A stretch of DNA of 64,000 bases from the human T2T-CHM13v2.0 reference genome, Homo sapiens. The notes under the pieces are model-generated. The model was not told where the DNA came from. It was given only the letters and a program-made list of their open reading frames with translations, and searched no databases. Both the position numbers and the translations under genes were made by a program. Shown piece by piece: positions 30,575-44,258 of the stretch. Every line of letters begins with the position of its first letter. Position 1 is the stretch's first letter. The DNA lies in assembly GCF_009914755.1 (NCBI RefSeq), contig NC_060925.1. One strand, written 5' to 3'.

Positions 30575-33405
30575 ATTCTATTTATACATTACTGGAAATA
30601 TATGCTAATATTTTGTTTTGAATTATTCATCAATGTTCAAGAATGATATTGATCTCTAGTTTACTTTGTTGCAATGTCTTTTCCTTGCTTTGGTATTATT
30701 GTAATGCTAGCCTCAGAGAATGAGTGCAAAATATTCCCCTCTGCTTTTATTTTCAGGAACAGATTACAGAAATTGGTATCATTTTTTCCTTAAAGATCTG
30801 GTACAGTTCACCAGTGAAATTATTTTGATCTAATGTTTTTGTTTCTTGAAGATTATTTTTATTAAACTCATTTATTTAATATATAGATATGCCTATTGTG
30901 ATTACTTATTTCTCCTTATTTCAGTTTGTGTCTTTCAAGCATTAGTCCATTTCATCTGTTTTTAGATACATACATGTTAAGGATTCTTATGTGTTTTTGG
31001 AAATTTAACAGTAATATGATTTGGCTGTGTCCCTACCCAAATCTCATCTTAAATTGTAACTCCCACAATTCCCATGTTTCATGAGAGGAACTCGGTGGGA
31101 GGTTGAATTATGGAAGTGGGTCTTTACTGTGCTATTCTCATGATAGTGAATAAGTCACAAAAGATCTGATGGTTTTAAAAATGGAAGTTTCCCCACACAA
31201 GATCTCTCTTTGCCTGCCACCATCCGTGTAAGACATGACTTGCTCCTCCTTGCCTTCTGCCCTGATTGTGAGGCCTTCCAAGACACGTGGAACTGGAATT
31301 CCAATAAACCTCTTTCTTTCGTAAACTGCCCAGTCTTGGGTATGTCTTTATCAGCAGCCAGAAAACAAACTAATATAGTAAATTGGTACCAAGAGCGGGG
31401 TGCTGCTGAAAAGAGACCTGAAAATGTGGAAGCAACTTTGGAACTGGGTAATAGGTAGAGGCTGGAAAAGTTTGGATGGCTCAGAAGAAGACAGAAAACT
31501 ATGGGAAAGCCTGAAACTTCCTAGAGACTTGTTCAATGGCTTTGATCAAAATGCTGATAAAGATATGGATAATGAAATCCAGGCTGAAGTGGTCTCAGAT
31601 GGAGATGAGGAACTTGTTTGGAACTGGAGCAAAGGCGACTCTTGTTATATTTTAGCAAAGAGACTGGTGGCATTTTGCCCCCTCCCTAGAAATTTGTGGA
31701 AGTTTGAACTTGAGAGAGAAGATTTAGGAGATCTGGCAGAAGAACTTTCTCAGCAGCAAAGCATTCAAGAGATGACTTGAGTGCTGTTAAAGGCATTCAG
31801 TTTTATAAGGGAAGCAGAGCATAAAAGTTCAGAAACTTTGCAGCCTGACAATGTGATAGAAAAGGAAATCCCATTTTCTGAGGAATAATTCAAGCGGGCT
31901 GAAGAAATTTGCATAAGTAATGAGGAGCCAAATGTTAACCCCCAAGAATATGGGAAAAATGTCTCCAGGGCATGTCAGAAGTCTGCAGGGAAGCCCCCCT
32001 TATCACAGACCTTGAGGCCTAGGAGGAAAAAGTGGTTTCCTAGGCCAGGCCCAGGGTCCCTGAGCTGTGTGCAGCAGGTACCTGGTTTCGTGTATCCCAG
32101 CCACTCCAGCTGTGCCTGAAAGGGGCCAATGTAGAGCTTGGGCTATGAATTCAGAGGGTGCAAGCCCCAAGCCTTGGCAGCTTCCATGTGGTGTTGGGCC
32201 TGTGAGTGCACGGAAGTCAAGAATTGGGATTTGGGAACCTCTGGCTAGATTTCAGATGTATGGAAATGCTTGGATGCCCAGGCAGATGTTTGCTGCAGGG
32301 AAAGGCCCTCATGGAGAACCTCTGCTAGGGCAGTGCAGAAAAGAAATGTGGGGTTGGAGCCCCCACTCAGAGTCCCTACTGGAGCACCATGTAGTGGAGC
32401 TGTGAGAAGAGGGTCACCATCCTCCAGATCCCAGAATGGTAGATCCACTCACAGCTTGCACCATGCAACTGGAAATGCCACAGACACTCAATGCCAGCCT
32501 GTGAAAGCAACCAGGAGGGAGGCTATACCCTGCAAAACCACAGGGGCAGAGATGCCCAAGACCATGGGAAGCCACCTCTTTCATCAGCATGACCTGGATG
32601 TGAGGCATGGAGTCAAAAGAAATCATTTTGGAGCTTTAAGATTTGACTGCCCCACTGGATTTTGAATTTGCATAGCACTTGTAGTCCCTTTGTTTTGGCC
32701 AATTTCTCCCATTTGGAATGGCCGTATTTACCCAATGCCTGTATCTAGGAAGTAACTAACTTGCCTTTGATTTTACAGGCTCATAGGCAGAAGACACTTG
32801 CCTTATCTCAGATATGACTTTGGACTCTGGACTTTTAACTTAATGCTGAAATGAGTTAAGAATTTGGGGGACTGCTGGGAAGCCATGGTTGGTTTTGAAA
32901 TGTGAGGAAATAAGATTTGGGAGGGGCTGGGGTGGAATGATATGGTTTGGCTGTGTCCCTACCCAAATCTCATATTGAACTGTTACTCCCACAATTCTCA
33001 CATGTCATGGGAGGAACCTGATGGGAGGCAATTGAATTATGGGGGCAGGTCTTTCCTGTAATGTTCTCATGATAGTGAATTAGTCTCACAAGATCTGATA
33101 GTTTTAAAAATGGGAGTTTCCATGTATAAGCTCTCTTTTTCTCTTTGCCTGCTGCCATCCATGTAAAATGTGACTTGCTCCTCCTTGCCTTCTGCCATGA
33201 TTGTGAGGCCTTCCCAGACACGTGGAACTGTAAGTCCAATAAACCTCTTCTGTTGTAAATTGCCCAGTTTCGGGTATATGTTTGTCAGCAGCGTGAAAAC
33301 AGATTAATGCAAACTCCATAGTGATTTACATCATTATATGACGTCCTTCTCTCTCCCTGATAACTGTCTTTTCCTTGAAGTCCAATTTCTCTGAAACTAA
33401 TATTA
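30575..33405 (-). mobile_element. Old L1M ORF2 fragments, antisense, interrupted by THE1
   Basis: Antisense ORF2 motifs at 30575-31010 and 33320-33405. Confidence 0.7.
31012..33311 (+). mobile_element. Complete THE1A/B MaLR element (LTR 31012-31377, internal 31378-32937, LTR 32938-33311)
   Basis: Two direct LTRs (t[g/a]atatg[g/a]tttggctgtgtccc...). Internal sequence starts gtaaattggtacc. Purine-rich tract before the 3' LTR. TSD is degraded. Confidence 0.95.
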
Positions 33406-33409
33406 TTAT

Positions 33410-36200
33410 TAGAAAGTTCCAAAGATTTGAAACAACAACAACAAAATTCCTGGGATTAATAAGCAATTATAGCAAGGTGTCAGGATTCAAGGATAATACA
33501 AATAATTAATTGGTTTCCTACATTCCAGCAATGAATATTTGGAAAATAAAATGAAAACCAATTAATTTTAATTTAAAATTAAAAACATGGTGTCATTTAT
33601 GGTATCACAAAAAAGGGAAATACTTAGGTATAAGTCTAACAAAATGTGTATATGATCTATATGAGAAAGACTACAAAAAATCTTATCAAAGAAATCAGGG
33701 AATAACTAACATTTGTGAATTAGAATATTCAATACTAGTAAGCTGTCAATTCTTCTTAGCTTGCTCTATAGGTTCATGGCAATCCCAAATATGCCAGAAA
33801 GTTATTGTGTAGATATTAACAAATTCATTCTAAATTTATATAGAAAGGTCACCCAACACAATACTAAAGCAACAGAGCAGAGTTGGTAGACTAACTCATT
33901 TCAAGACTTACTACAAAGTTATAAGAATCAAGACAGCACAATATTGAGGAAAGAATGAGGACACAGATCAATGGAGTAGGATAAAGAGAACAGACATAGA
34001 CTCACGCAAATATAATCAAATGAACTGTGACAAAGATCCACAGCCAATTCAATGGAGAAAGGATAGTGTATTCAACAAGTCATGCTGAAACAAATAGATG
34101 TCCATATCCAAAAAATGAGGCAAGACACACAGCATACACCTTCATCAGAAAATAACTCAAAATTGATCATAAATCTAAATGTAATGCAGAAAAGCCTGAA
34201 ACTTCTGGGAGAAAACATAGGAAAGAATGTATGTGATGAAGTCCTTGATATAACACCAATAGTACAACCCATGAAAGAAAAAAAATGACAATTTGTATTT
34301 TTTAAAAATTAAAAATTCTTCTCTGTGAAACACAGAAATGAAAGAATAAAAGATAAGCTATATATGTGGGAACATATTGGAAAAACATTAATAAAGGTCT
34401 TGTATGTAAAATATACAAGAACATTTAAAACCATACAATAAGAAATTACAAAATTAAAATGGCAAAAGATCAGAACAGACACCTCATTAAAGTTACACAT
34501 AAGGCAAATAAACATGTAACTATATGCTCACAATTATTTGTCACCAGATAATTCCAAATTAAAACAATAATACGATACCATTATACATCTATTAGAATGG
34601 CTAAAATTCATACAACTCAAAATACGTAATGCTACCAAAGAAACGGAGCAACAGAAACTCACATTAATTGCCGGTGGGAATTTAAAAGGTATAGACACTT
34701 AGGAAGAAGTTTAAGTCTCCTACAAAGCTAAAAATATTCTTAAAATATAATCCAGCCATCATGCTTCTAAGTATTTACCCAATATATTTGAAACTTATGG
34801 TCACACAAAAACCTTCATACAATGTTTATAAGTGACTTTATTTAGAAGTACCCCCAAATTGAAACCAATCAAGATGTTCTTTGATAGGTAAATGGATTAA
34901 AAAAAACTAGTACATCCATATAATGGAATATTATTCAGCCATAATAAATAATGAGTTAGTGAGCCATGAAAGACATGAATGAATATTAACTGCCCATTAC
35001 TACATGAAAGAAGACTGTCTGCAGGGGCAAGATACTGTACAATTCCCACATATGAAAGCCTGGAAAAGGAAAAACTATACAGACACAATAAAAGATCTGT
35101 GTTTGCCATGGGTTCAGAAGGTAGAGATAGGATTGACTATATGAGTCACAGGGGATTTATATGGTGGTAAAAATATAATATATGATATTGTAATGGTGGT
35201 TACATTAGTATTATAAGTATGTTAAAGCTCATAGAACTTTACAGCAAAAAGAGCAAACCTTAATATATGCAACAATTTTTAAAAAAACCTTAGGAGTTCA
35301 GGGGATCCCAGGAAGGAATGCAGGCTGTGAGAAGAGAATCAACTGTGTTACAAATGAAACAACCTCACTGAATGGAGCGCTGACATGAGTAACTAGACAC
35401 AAGAGGAGTCTAAGACTCAAAGCAAAAGCAAATGCATGTAAGCACTGCATTGTATTAGACAAAGTTGTATCCCACAGGGGTATAGGTTACCACTTCTAAC
35501 ACTGCTACACCTGTGTAAAGAAGATGAAATATTAAATAAATTCACACCAGATTTTGTTTACTATTGTGAGCCAAGTTTTCTACTTTTGGGAATTTACAGG
35601 AAAACAAAGGGATAAGGCTAGAGTAATCCATGGGGTGATGGATTAGAGTTGGGGAGATCAGTGTGAACTTATTTTTACCTCAGTATAGATACAGATGGTT
35701 AGACATAAAAATACTTACACATACATATATACACTGGTTAGTATACATTCAGATATTTCCTTGCCTTGTCAGCTTAGAGGCTTAGAAGATACAACACTTC
35801 AGTAGCAACAGTCCTCACCTTGCACCTGGATATTAGTTTTTTATACTATTCTCTAGGAAGAGAAAGCAGGAAACCTTAAAGAAATAGCTGATTACAAGAA
35901 ATATGCAAGGTGAGGCTGAAATATCTTGTAGTGCCAGAAATTAAGGAAGTCTTAAAATAAAAACAGACAACAAAAGAAGTCACAGTGATGGAGGGATCTT
36001 GAAAGGACACAGGGAATAACTGAAAGTGCTCTCAATGCCCAAAGTGAAACAATTTGAGTAATGAAATAAATAAGCTAGTATTGTATTATAAGCCGAAATA
36101 TAAAATCATATGTCTACACTAATACAAATTTTCAAAAAAAAAAAAAAGAAAGAAAAGACAACTCTCTTGTGAAAATTTCAAATAATTCTTGCAGGCATTC
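33410..36200 (+). mobile_element. LINE-1 3' portion with long 3' UTR, L1MC3/L1MD-like
   Basis: ORF2 remnants (NSKLIINLNVMQKSLKLLGENIG) and 3' UTR motif 'ggaatgcaggctgtgagaagagaatcaactgtgttacaaatg'. Confidence 0.8.
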
Positions 36201-38730
36201 ATCCCTCCAGGTCTCACATGTTAAATTATTCTCTTTTGAAAAGGTGTGTTAAAATTACTAACATTCAATCCAGGTGCTTTGTTAATAGATTTGAGCCATT
36301 TGAGTTTAATGTAGCAAGCAATATCACAATAACCCTCTCCAAATCTTAATAATTCAAAAGAATCTACAATTTTTCCTGTTTCCCATTCTTCATCAACTGA
36401 AAATTCAGTGCTTGAATTTTTTTTTATTAAATAGATAGTTCTTTCTGCTTTTGTGGTTTTACAATTGCACGGCCTAAGTGATTTATTGCAAAATGAAAAG
36501 TGAGTTACCAGGTAACAACGTAAGTAGTATGTTACTAACGTGGTACTACTATTGCCACGGTAGGGTTCACATTACACTCAAGGTGCTCAAGGGCAAGGCT
36601 GTTCATCCTCTATTTCAAGCTTATGTCTCATTTCAATGTCAAACAATGTCATTTCCCAAAAATATAGCCATGTGGTGGTCTACTGCTTCATTGATTTTGC
36701 AGGACCCAGCACAAGTTATGGCACAACTGACTATTTTTCACCAAAAGGCTAGTAGGTACACTAGCATACACACACCTCCCACCACCCTCTGAGAACAGAA
36801 GGCATCCTCTCTAATTGGCTGCTCAGATTCCAAGCAAGCTTCGATATTTTTGCAAATGTTATTTTAGCAAATGTTGTTTTCCTGCATGTTGTCTTGAAAG
36901 GGACATGTTAATTATATTAAGCCTGGCAAAGATCAAGAGAAGAGAAACATGATTGTCAGATTTAGTCAAATATTATTGTGAATATATACTATTAACTATA
37001 TATGCATTTTATATATGATTATGGGAGACGAAGAAATAAAAGGTACAAAATGTCAGTATCCCCAAATTCTCCTAGGTTATTTTAGTACAATAATTATTAG
37101 TAATATAAATAACACTCTCCTAGTAGTAATATAAATAAAAATATCCAAGGCATCATACTGAAGCATAAGGACTGCCAGCAGAACCGGTTTAAATCATTAC
37201 AATATATTGTCATCCTATATAGACGTCTTCTTTTATCATTTTTCCCTTTATTTCTTGATGTTTTCCTTGAAAATTTTTATTATATTCTTATCCTTTCTCT
37301 TCTGTATCATACTAGTAGAATACATTTTACTTTTAAATATTTTTCTTTGTAAGTTTACAATTTTAAATATTAAAATTACAAAACTTGTCTAAGATTTGTT
37401 TCCAGATAATTGTGAGTTGAAGTTTTCTTAATAGATATAAATTCCCTTCATTTAAAAATATTCTAGAACTATAAGTTTTAAAGTTTTTAAAATAATAAAT
37501 TATTTTGAAGAATATTCATATCCATATAAAAACAGTCAATAAATAATGTTAAGATCATTTTTAAGACCATTCAGAAAATTTACATTAAACCTTTACCTCA
37601 AAAGACAGAGGAACCAGTGTAGATACATTATTTATTTATTTGTCTCATCTGTTTAGTTAACTATCCAAAATATTCACCACTCTTCTCCCAATAAGTAATA
37701 TAACTTCTCTTCTTTTTCTTAGCTGTGTCATGATGACAAGTAAATGTAGCCAACTATCATATTCAGGTTGATTTCCTGCATTGGGAACAGATCTGAAAAG
37801 GAAGGTCTGCCTAATGGGCATATTTGAGTCTTTATTAGTTGCCAGATTTATGGAAATGTTCTATAGTCAATTAAGCTGATGGTGTTTTTCAGTGATTTCC
37901 AATTGAACTTATGTTTCAACCATAGAATTAACAGTAAGAGGATTCACTTAGAAGTGTTTTCAAAAGTGAAAATCAACCTTTTCTCTCTCCTTTTTTGTGG
38001 CTTCTCCTGAAACCAGGAAGATTTGGTGATAACTAGTTCATTGTCTGTCACTAGGTGTGAATATTTGACAGATTTCTTCAGTAGTCTTACATGCTAGAGC
38101 TGCTAGGATAGAAATAAAGTATAAAATTTTAAGACTGCAGTGAAAGAAATTGGTGATTGGCCTTAAAATTGGAAAAGTAAAAATGGGTTCATTAATAAGC
38201 ATTACTTGTTGGAAATAAAATGATGAGACAAGGAAAAGAATCAGGTGTGCAAAATTTCATATAATTATATTATTATTAAAATAAAAGTATTAAAATTATG
38301 AAAATATACTTTTTGAGATATTATGATACAACAAACTCTTATATTTTTTATACCTTCACAATGAAAGACATCATGCAATTTATTATGCTCCCTGGATTTT
38401 ACTTCTTTCTCCATAAATTGTTTGCTTAGTGATCCAAATGGATTTTGGACAGTGGAAATTTAAGGTTGAAATAAGGACTGTCACTCACTTGGTGAAATCC
38501 TCATTCGAAGTCTCAGCTTATGCATAAAATTAGAAAACAATATTTACCACATAGCAGTGATATGTGGATCACATGGAATTTTATGTGAAAATGCTTAAAA
38601 TATTAAAATTGTGTATGTATGTTGTTAAAAAAAGGTTATGTGATAGAAATAGTAGTATACACTTTGGTTATAAAATTTAAAATTTGTAGTCAACTATAAA
38701 ATGTCTTACCAGTTATTTTGTGTGAATACC

Positions 38731-39159
38731 TGTTCTGGGTTAATTCTACTCCCTTTCTCAAGTCATGTACTGATATCCTATTCCCTATACATCAGAATGG
38801 GACCTTATTTGGGAACACAGTTGTTCCAGGTACATTTAGTTAATGTGAGGTCAAACTGCAGTAGGGTGGGTCCTACTCAAATATGACTCATGGCCTCATA
38901 AAAGAGCGAAATTTGAACACAGATAAAGACACGAGGCAAACAGCATGTGAAGGTGAAGATAGAGATTTGGGTGAAACTTCCATAAGCCAACGAATGCCAA
39001 AGGTTACCAGCAAACCACCAGAATCCCTCAGAGAGAACCAACCTTGCCAACCTTTTAATCTTGGACTATAGCCCCCAGAAGGGTGAGGCACAAACTTTCT
39101 GTTATTTATGCCACCCTGTGTTGTGCTACTTTGTTAGGACATCCATAGGAACTAATACA
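38731..39159 (+). mobile_element. MaLR solo LTR, MLT1B/C-like
   Basis: tgttctgggttaatt...gaccttatttgg...ggaactaataca. Confidence 0.85.
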
Positions 39160-39569
39160 GTGCCTATTACCAACGCATTGTCTTCTGTAGAGCTGGATTA
39201 GCCTTATTTGAAATTCCCATACTTTGCTAATTCCCATACTTTGCTAAGTTTACCTAATCCATTCTTCAACAATTTAAATTACTGCTATACTGTGATTGTT
39301 TTCTTAACATTTTTGACCTTATCTTTGTAAATAGTTGGTTTCTATGATATAATCATCTCTGACCTCTACTACAAATTTATTTTTCTTATAACTTAATTAT
39401 TAGGACATAGTTAATCTTTAGTACATTCTTTGCTAACTTAAAACTCCTTTCTCAAAATCCTCTCTAATTATATATTCCCTCAGGATGTTTTATTTTCCTA
39501 AAAAGCTTCTCTAATTACCATTCCATGTAATCATCATCATTATTTATTCATTCAGCAGCTATTATAATT

Positions 39570-40385
39570 CTTCTAAAAACAATAATGGGATTATGCTACT
39601 CTCCAAATAAAAAAAAATTCAATAATTTCTTTCACACTTAGACTTAAATTATACATTAAAGTTGTCCTCAAGACCCTGCCTGTTCTGATCACTGTAACTC
39701 TCTCCAGTATTCTCTCTTCCATTTTTTTTCATCCCTCTAAGGCTCAGACTCACTGTGCTATATTTTAAATGCACAAAGCTCACTTTGCCTCAGTGTGGGG
39801 TTGCCAGATTGAGCAAAGAAAAAACAGGATGCTCTGTTACATTTGAATTTCAGAAAAACAATGAAAACTTCTTTAGTCTAATTATGCCCCATGAAATATT
39901 TGGGACATTCTTCTCCTAAAACAAATGTTGTTTTTCTGAATTTCAAATATAACTGGGTGTCCTGTATTTGATTTGGCAACTCTAGCATCAGGATTTTCGC
40001 ACCTGTTTTTTTCAACCATAAGCTGTCTTTCTCAGATCTCCACGTGACTTGCTTTCTTATTTTGCTTAAGTGTCTTCTCAATCGTTGTCTTCTCCAACAG
40101 GCCTTGTTTTGATTACCCTACTTAAAATAGAATTGCAGTGAAGCAATGCCCTACCATGCTTTATTTTTTCTTTATAGGACTGATATTTAATATTTATGTG
40201 TTCACTTTTTGTTTGTCTCATCCCACTAATGAAGCTGTCAAAGGATAAGGATTTTTGTTTGTTTAGTTTTATCACCAGCAGCTATAATCATGGGTGTTCC
40301 CCTTCAATATTATATCCTTAGCCCATATACATATGAACTCTAAAAAACCTTCAGTAAGTTATTTTATATCAAATGCATGAATGAT
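39570..40385 (+). mobile_element. L2 3' portion, split by MER53
   Basis: L2 motifs (gcctcagg...gcacctg) and an atgaatga end. Confidence 0.7.
39796..39984. mobile_element. MER53 palindromic hAT MITE
   Basis: gggttgccagat...atttggcaactct termini; the whole element is an imperfect inverted repeat. Confidence 0.92.
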
Positions 40386-40499
40386 TGTCAATACTCATTG
40401 GATAACAGACATTATGCAGATATAATGCATATAACAAATAAATAAACATGGGTATGATTTATAACAACTTATACTCTGGTGGGGAAGATACACATTGGT

Positions 40500-41640
40500 T
40501 CAAATAATTTCAAAATAAATACATAAAATTATAATTGACATAAATGCTAAGTAGAAAACATAATGTTTTATAAGAGAAGATAAAATCAGTAATTTCATCT
40601 TTTCAGGGTGGGTAAAAAACTCTTTTCTAATGTAAATAGTTTTGAACTTAAATGTGTCTGAGGAATCCACATTAAAAAAGGACATAATTGTGTTTCAGTA
40701 TGAGTGAAAATTATAAGCAGTTTTCCATGGTAGAGGATTGAAAAAAGTTAAGAATGGCTGGAATAGGGAAAAATAAAAAGTACAATACAATAAAAAGTTA
40801 ACATTAGATGGATAATTTGTAAACCATGTTATAAAGATTTGTTTCTATCCTAACAATGATTAAGATTTTTAAATATATTTGAAGTTATTTGAGAAGCTTA
40901 TATCATCAGACAGATTTTAGAGGTGGGGGGAGGGAGAAAGATAACTGGACCTGCAGTGTCAAGAGCAGATGACAGAGTGAATGCAGATGAAAACTTTGAG
41001 AAGGATGTTGTAAATGTCCCAATGGGAACTGTTAGTTTGAACTAGGTGATAGAGAGAGTCTGATAAATGTCAAGGAAGAAAAGCAGACAGGACTCAGTAA
41101 TAAATTAACTACTGTGGGTGAAGGGGATGGACATGCCATGGTTCATTGCTAGTTCTCTGGCTTGCAAAAATGGATTGAATTGGGCCACTTACTAAGAGAA
41201 ATCAAATAGTTAAGGAGAAGAGACAGGGAAGTGATCAGCTTGGGTTTTTTTATATGTTAGATTTGAGTATCCTTGGACATGTGTAAAACTTCAATTAGAC
41301 TGTTAGGTAAATGGGTAGTACTCAGTGGAAAAATAGGAGTTAGGAATAAAAGTAATGACACAGTTGAGTATAGGTAATAATTGCATTTTTGTGAATGGAT
41401 ACAACGCTTATGGGTAGACTATAGTATAAGAAGAGATCAGATCAGATCATATCGCTTAACATCCAATCTTGAGTAATTCCAACTAGAAATGGCTTGGTAG
41501 GGGAAGACAAATCAGCAAAAACAGAGAGGGAGAAATGACAAAGTAGGCAAGATGACCACTTAAGAGTATCGTTGGTGTCAAGACAAAAAGTTTTCCAACA
41601 AGAAAACATCCTCAGCAGGCTTGAAGTTGCTACAGATTAA
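40500..41640 (-). mobile_element. L2 fragment(s)
   Basis: Purine-rich, degraded L2-antisense motifs. Boundaries approximate. Confidence 0.55.
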
Positions 41641-44233
41641 AATTACACAAGCCAGATATAACTCAAGGTTTATATCTGATCTCTGTATGTTAGCTGTGAA
41701 TATCACCCATTGAAATCCCTTGTTTTACAAATTCTTAGAAGTTGTTAAACTCTATGATTAATACATTATTTTATTAGAAAAAATTGCTAATCATTGTTTA
41801 TCTATATCATGAAATTATTGGGAAAAACAAGTTCATTTGCATTACCACAGTGAAAATTTGTTTCCTACAGAAAACATTGTATATATTCCATATGTATATA
41901 CATTTTTCAAATATAAACATATTTATTAAAACATATTTTGAGACAGGTGCATTTCTACATAATTGCAATGGTTTAGTCATACATGTACAGTTTCAGTTGA
42001 ACAGAATCTCTTAAGCTTTGAGCTCAAAGACAGACAAGGCAGAAAAGTATTGTCAATTTCATTTCATTCATTTCAGGACCTAGAAAGATGAGAGTAAGTG
42101 ACCTACACAAGGCACCATGGCACACAATATGAGTAACAGCTATGCCATAGGAATAGAAACAAAGCTAAAACAGAAAAGACCTAACAACTGAAATACAACC
42201 TCTGAGAAAATTGAGGTAATCTAATATTCTATGCATCTTACAGAAGGAAAACTCAATCTGAACAGCATGACTTACTTTAATGACTTTTTTTTCAACCACT
42301 AAATACTCATTGTTCTTAAGTTCACATGAAAATTTTTCCAAAATAGGTCATCAGCTAAGTCCAAAAACAAGCCACAACATAATACAAGTAATTGGAATAC
42401 TACAGAATATAGTAAATAGGAAGGGAAAGTTATCAGAAAAATAAAAAAGAAATTAAGCAAAATACTTTTAGATAATTCATGGGTAGGAAAAAAGTACATT
42501 AGAAAATACTTTGAGTGAAATAAAAATAAAATTGCAACATATCAAATTTTGTAGTATAGCTAAACCACAACTTAAAATAAAATTATAGCTTTGAATACAT
42601 ACAGGGTGAAAAAAGATGGGTTGAAAATAAATAATCTAAACCTTCTAACTCAAGAGCTAGAAAAGTAATGACAAATCAAGCTCTTTACAATTATGAGGTA
42701 AAATTCTATGGAGTAGAACAAAAAGATAAGAATGAAAAATATGCGGTGGGGGAAAAGCATGAGACATGAACTCAATACAGCATTTACCTCATATGATTTA
42801 TATAGATGCTTAAAAGCTGATCTTACAGATTCATATGTAGAGTAAATGAACAATTTTCACCCATAGCTGCACCCTGGATAACAACAGTCCTAATCCTAAA
42901 GGGAACTGAACTCTTCTACTTCAAGTAAGCAAAGGCTACTGAAATGTATATGTAACTGGCACTAGACTCTTATACAACATTGAAAAGTAATTTCAAAAAT
43001 ATTATCATAATACATAATAACATGATATTTAATACCATATTAAAACTGTGATGTACGATTTTCATCAAAATGAGGGAAATACTCTGAATCTGAATTTATA
43101 TGCAGTAACACTCTCAATTCAAGTTTGGCAGAAGACTAAATATAAAAAAGACAAGAACTCAAAAATTGTACATTGCTTATACCCTTTCTAAAGAAAACAA
43201 ATCTAAAAGCTTTGAATGAGAGAATATTTTAACACCACATAAAAATAAAGATAGTAAAATGGTATCTAATAAGCTGAGAATCTACAAAGTATCATAATAA
43301 GAAATAGCAGTATGTTATACCATAGGAATTCAAAGAAATCAGAGAAAGTATCTTCAAGCAAACCACCTTAACTAACAGTAAGAATCTGGAAAACATTAAT
43401 GGATGCAAGTTGCCAGTGTAGAAGCTAAAGAAGAATGGGCAATTAAAATCCTTGGAATGAAGTCCCATTTCTAGTAGCATGGTTATTTATGTATCCACTC
43501 TAGTAAAAAGTCAAAACATAAAAAACGAGGCTTCAAAAATATCAAAGTTCTTGAAGGAGAATAGGGAAGTAGCAAGTTATAATCTCAGTGGAACAGGAAC
43601 TCACAGAAACATATTTTTATTTTGACGGTATTTTCTAAGTCTTATAATTTGAACTTTAGTTTCCATGGCTTTGTTGAAAATGGGAACATATATAAAGTTC
43701 AGTGCTGCTACAAGGTGGGTGACTCTTCCAAATAAAACAGAAACACCAAAAGCAAACACACTTGGTATGTGATGGCACCTGAAATATATTTTTTCTAGCC
43801 CTTATACCAAGAAGACTGATATGAGGCTTACCATGGCAGTGAGCAAAGGTGGAGGATAAAATGAGTATATGATAAGTTATAGCACAAAGCTCACCTTTGC
43901 CTGCATTTACAGATCAAATTTATGTGATCTGTGTTCAAAAATACAAATTTTTAATTAAGTATAAAATACCAGGTAGGTTATGTTCCCCAGTGCCTGGCAT
44001 AGCATTGGGTCCTCCTCTATAGTGGAAATGATCTTAAAATTAGAATCTAAATATAAAGATTTTTCAAAATAATTTCCCAAGAGAGCACACAGCTCATAAT
44101 TTAAAAAAAGAAAGAAAGACAGATGACATGCTATCATCCATGGGGTATAGCAACAGACCTAGAATATATATATACTGTGATAATCAGAACAGAAAGAAAA
44201 CAAAAACTATGCTGACTGTACTTAGACAGACAG

Positions 44234-44258
44234 ACACACACACACACACACACACACA
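44234..44258. repeat. (CA)n microsatellite
   Basis: Seen directly in the sequence. Confidence 0.9.

Noticed and set aside
31400-32665. 126-, 112- and 131-aa ORFs
   Set aside because: Fragments of the THE1 internal sequence, not a host gene.
30575-36200. Second twin-primed L1 (antisense part plus L1MC3-like sense part)
   Set aside because: The two parts are not adjacent in consensus coordinates and no TSD is visible, so two independent elements are equally likely.
37700-37746. Possible 17-nt microexon (ttcttag|ctgtgtcatgatgacaa|gtaaat)
   Set aside because: Weak donor, not frame-preserving, and no gene context.
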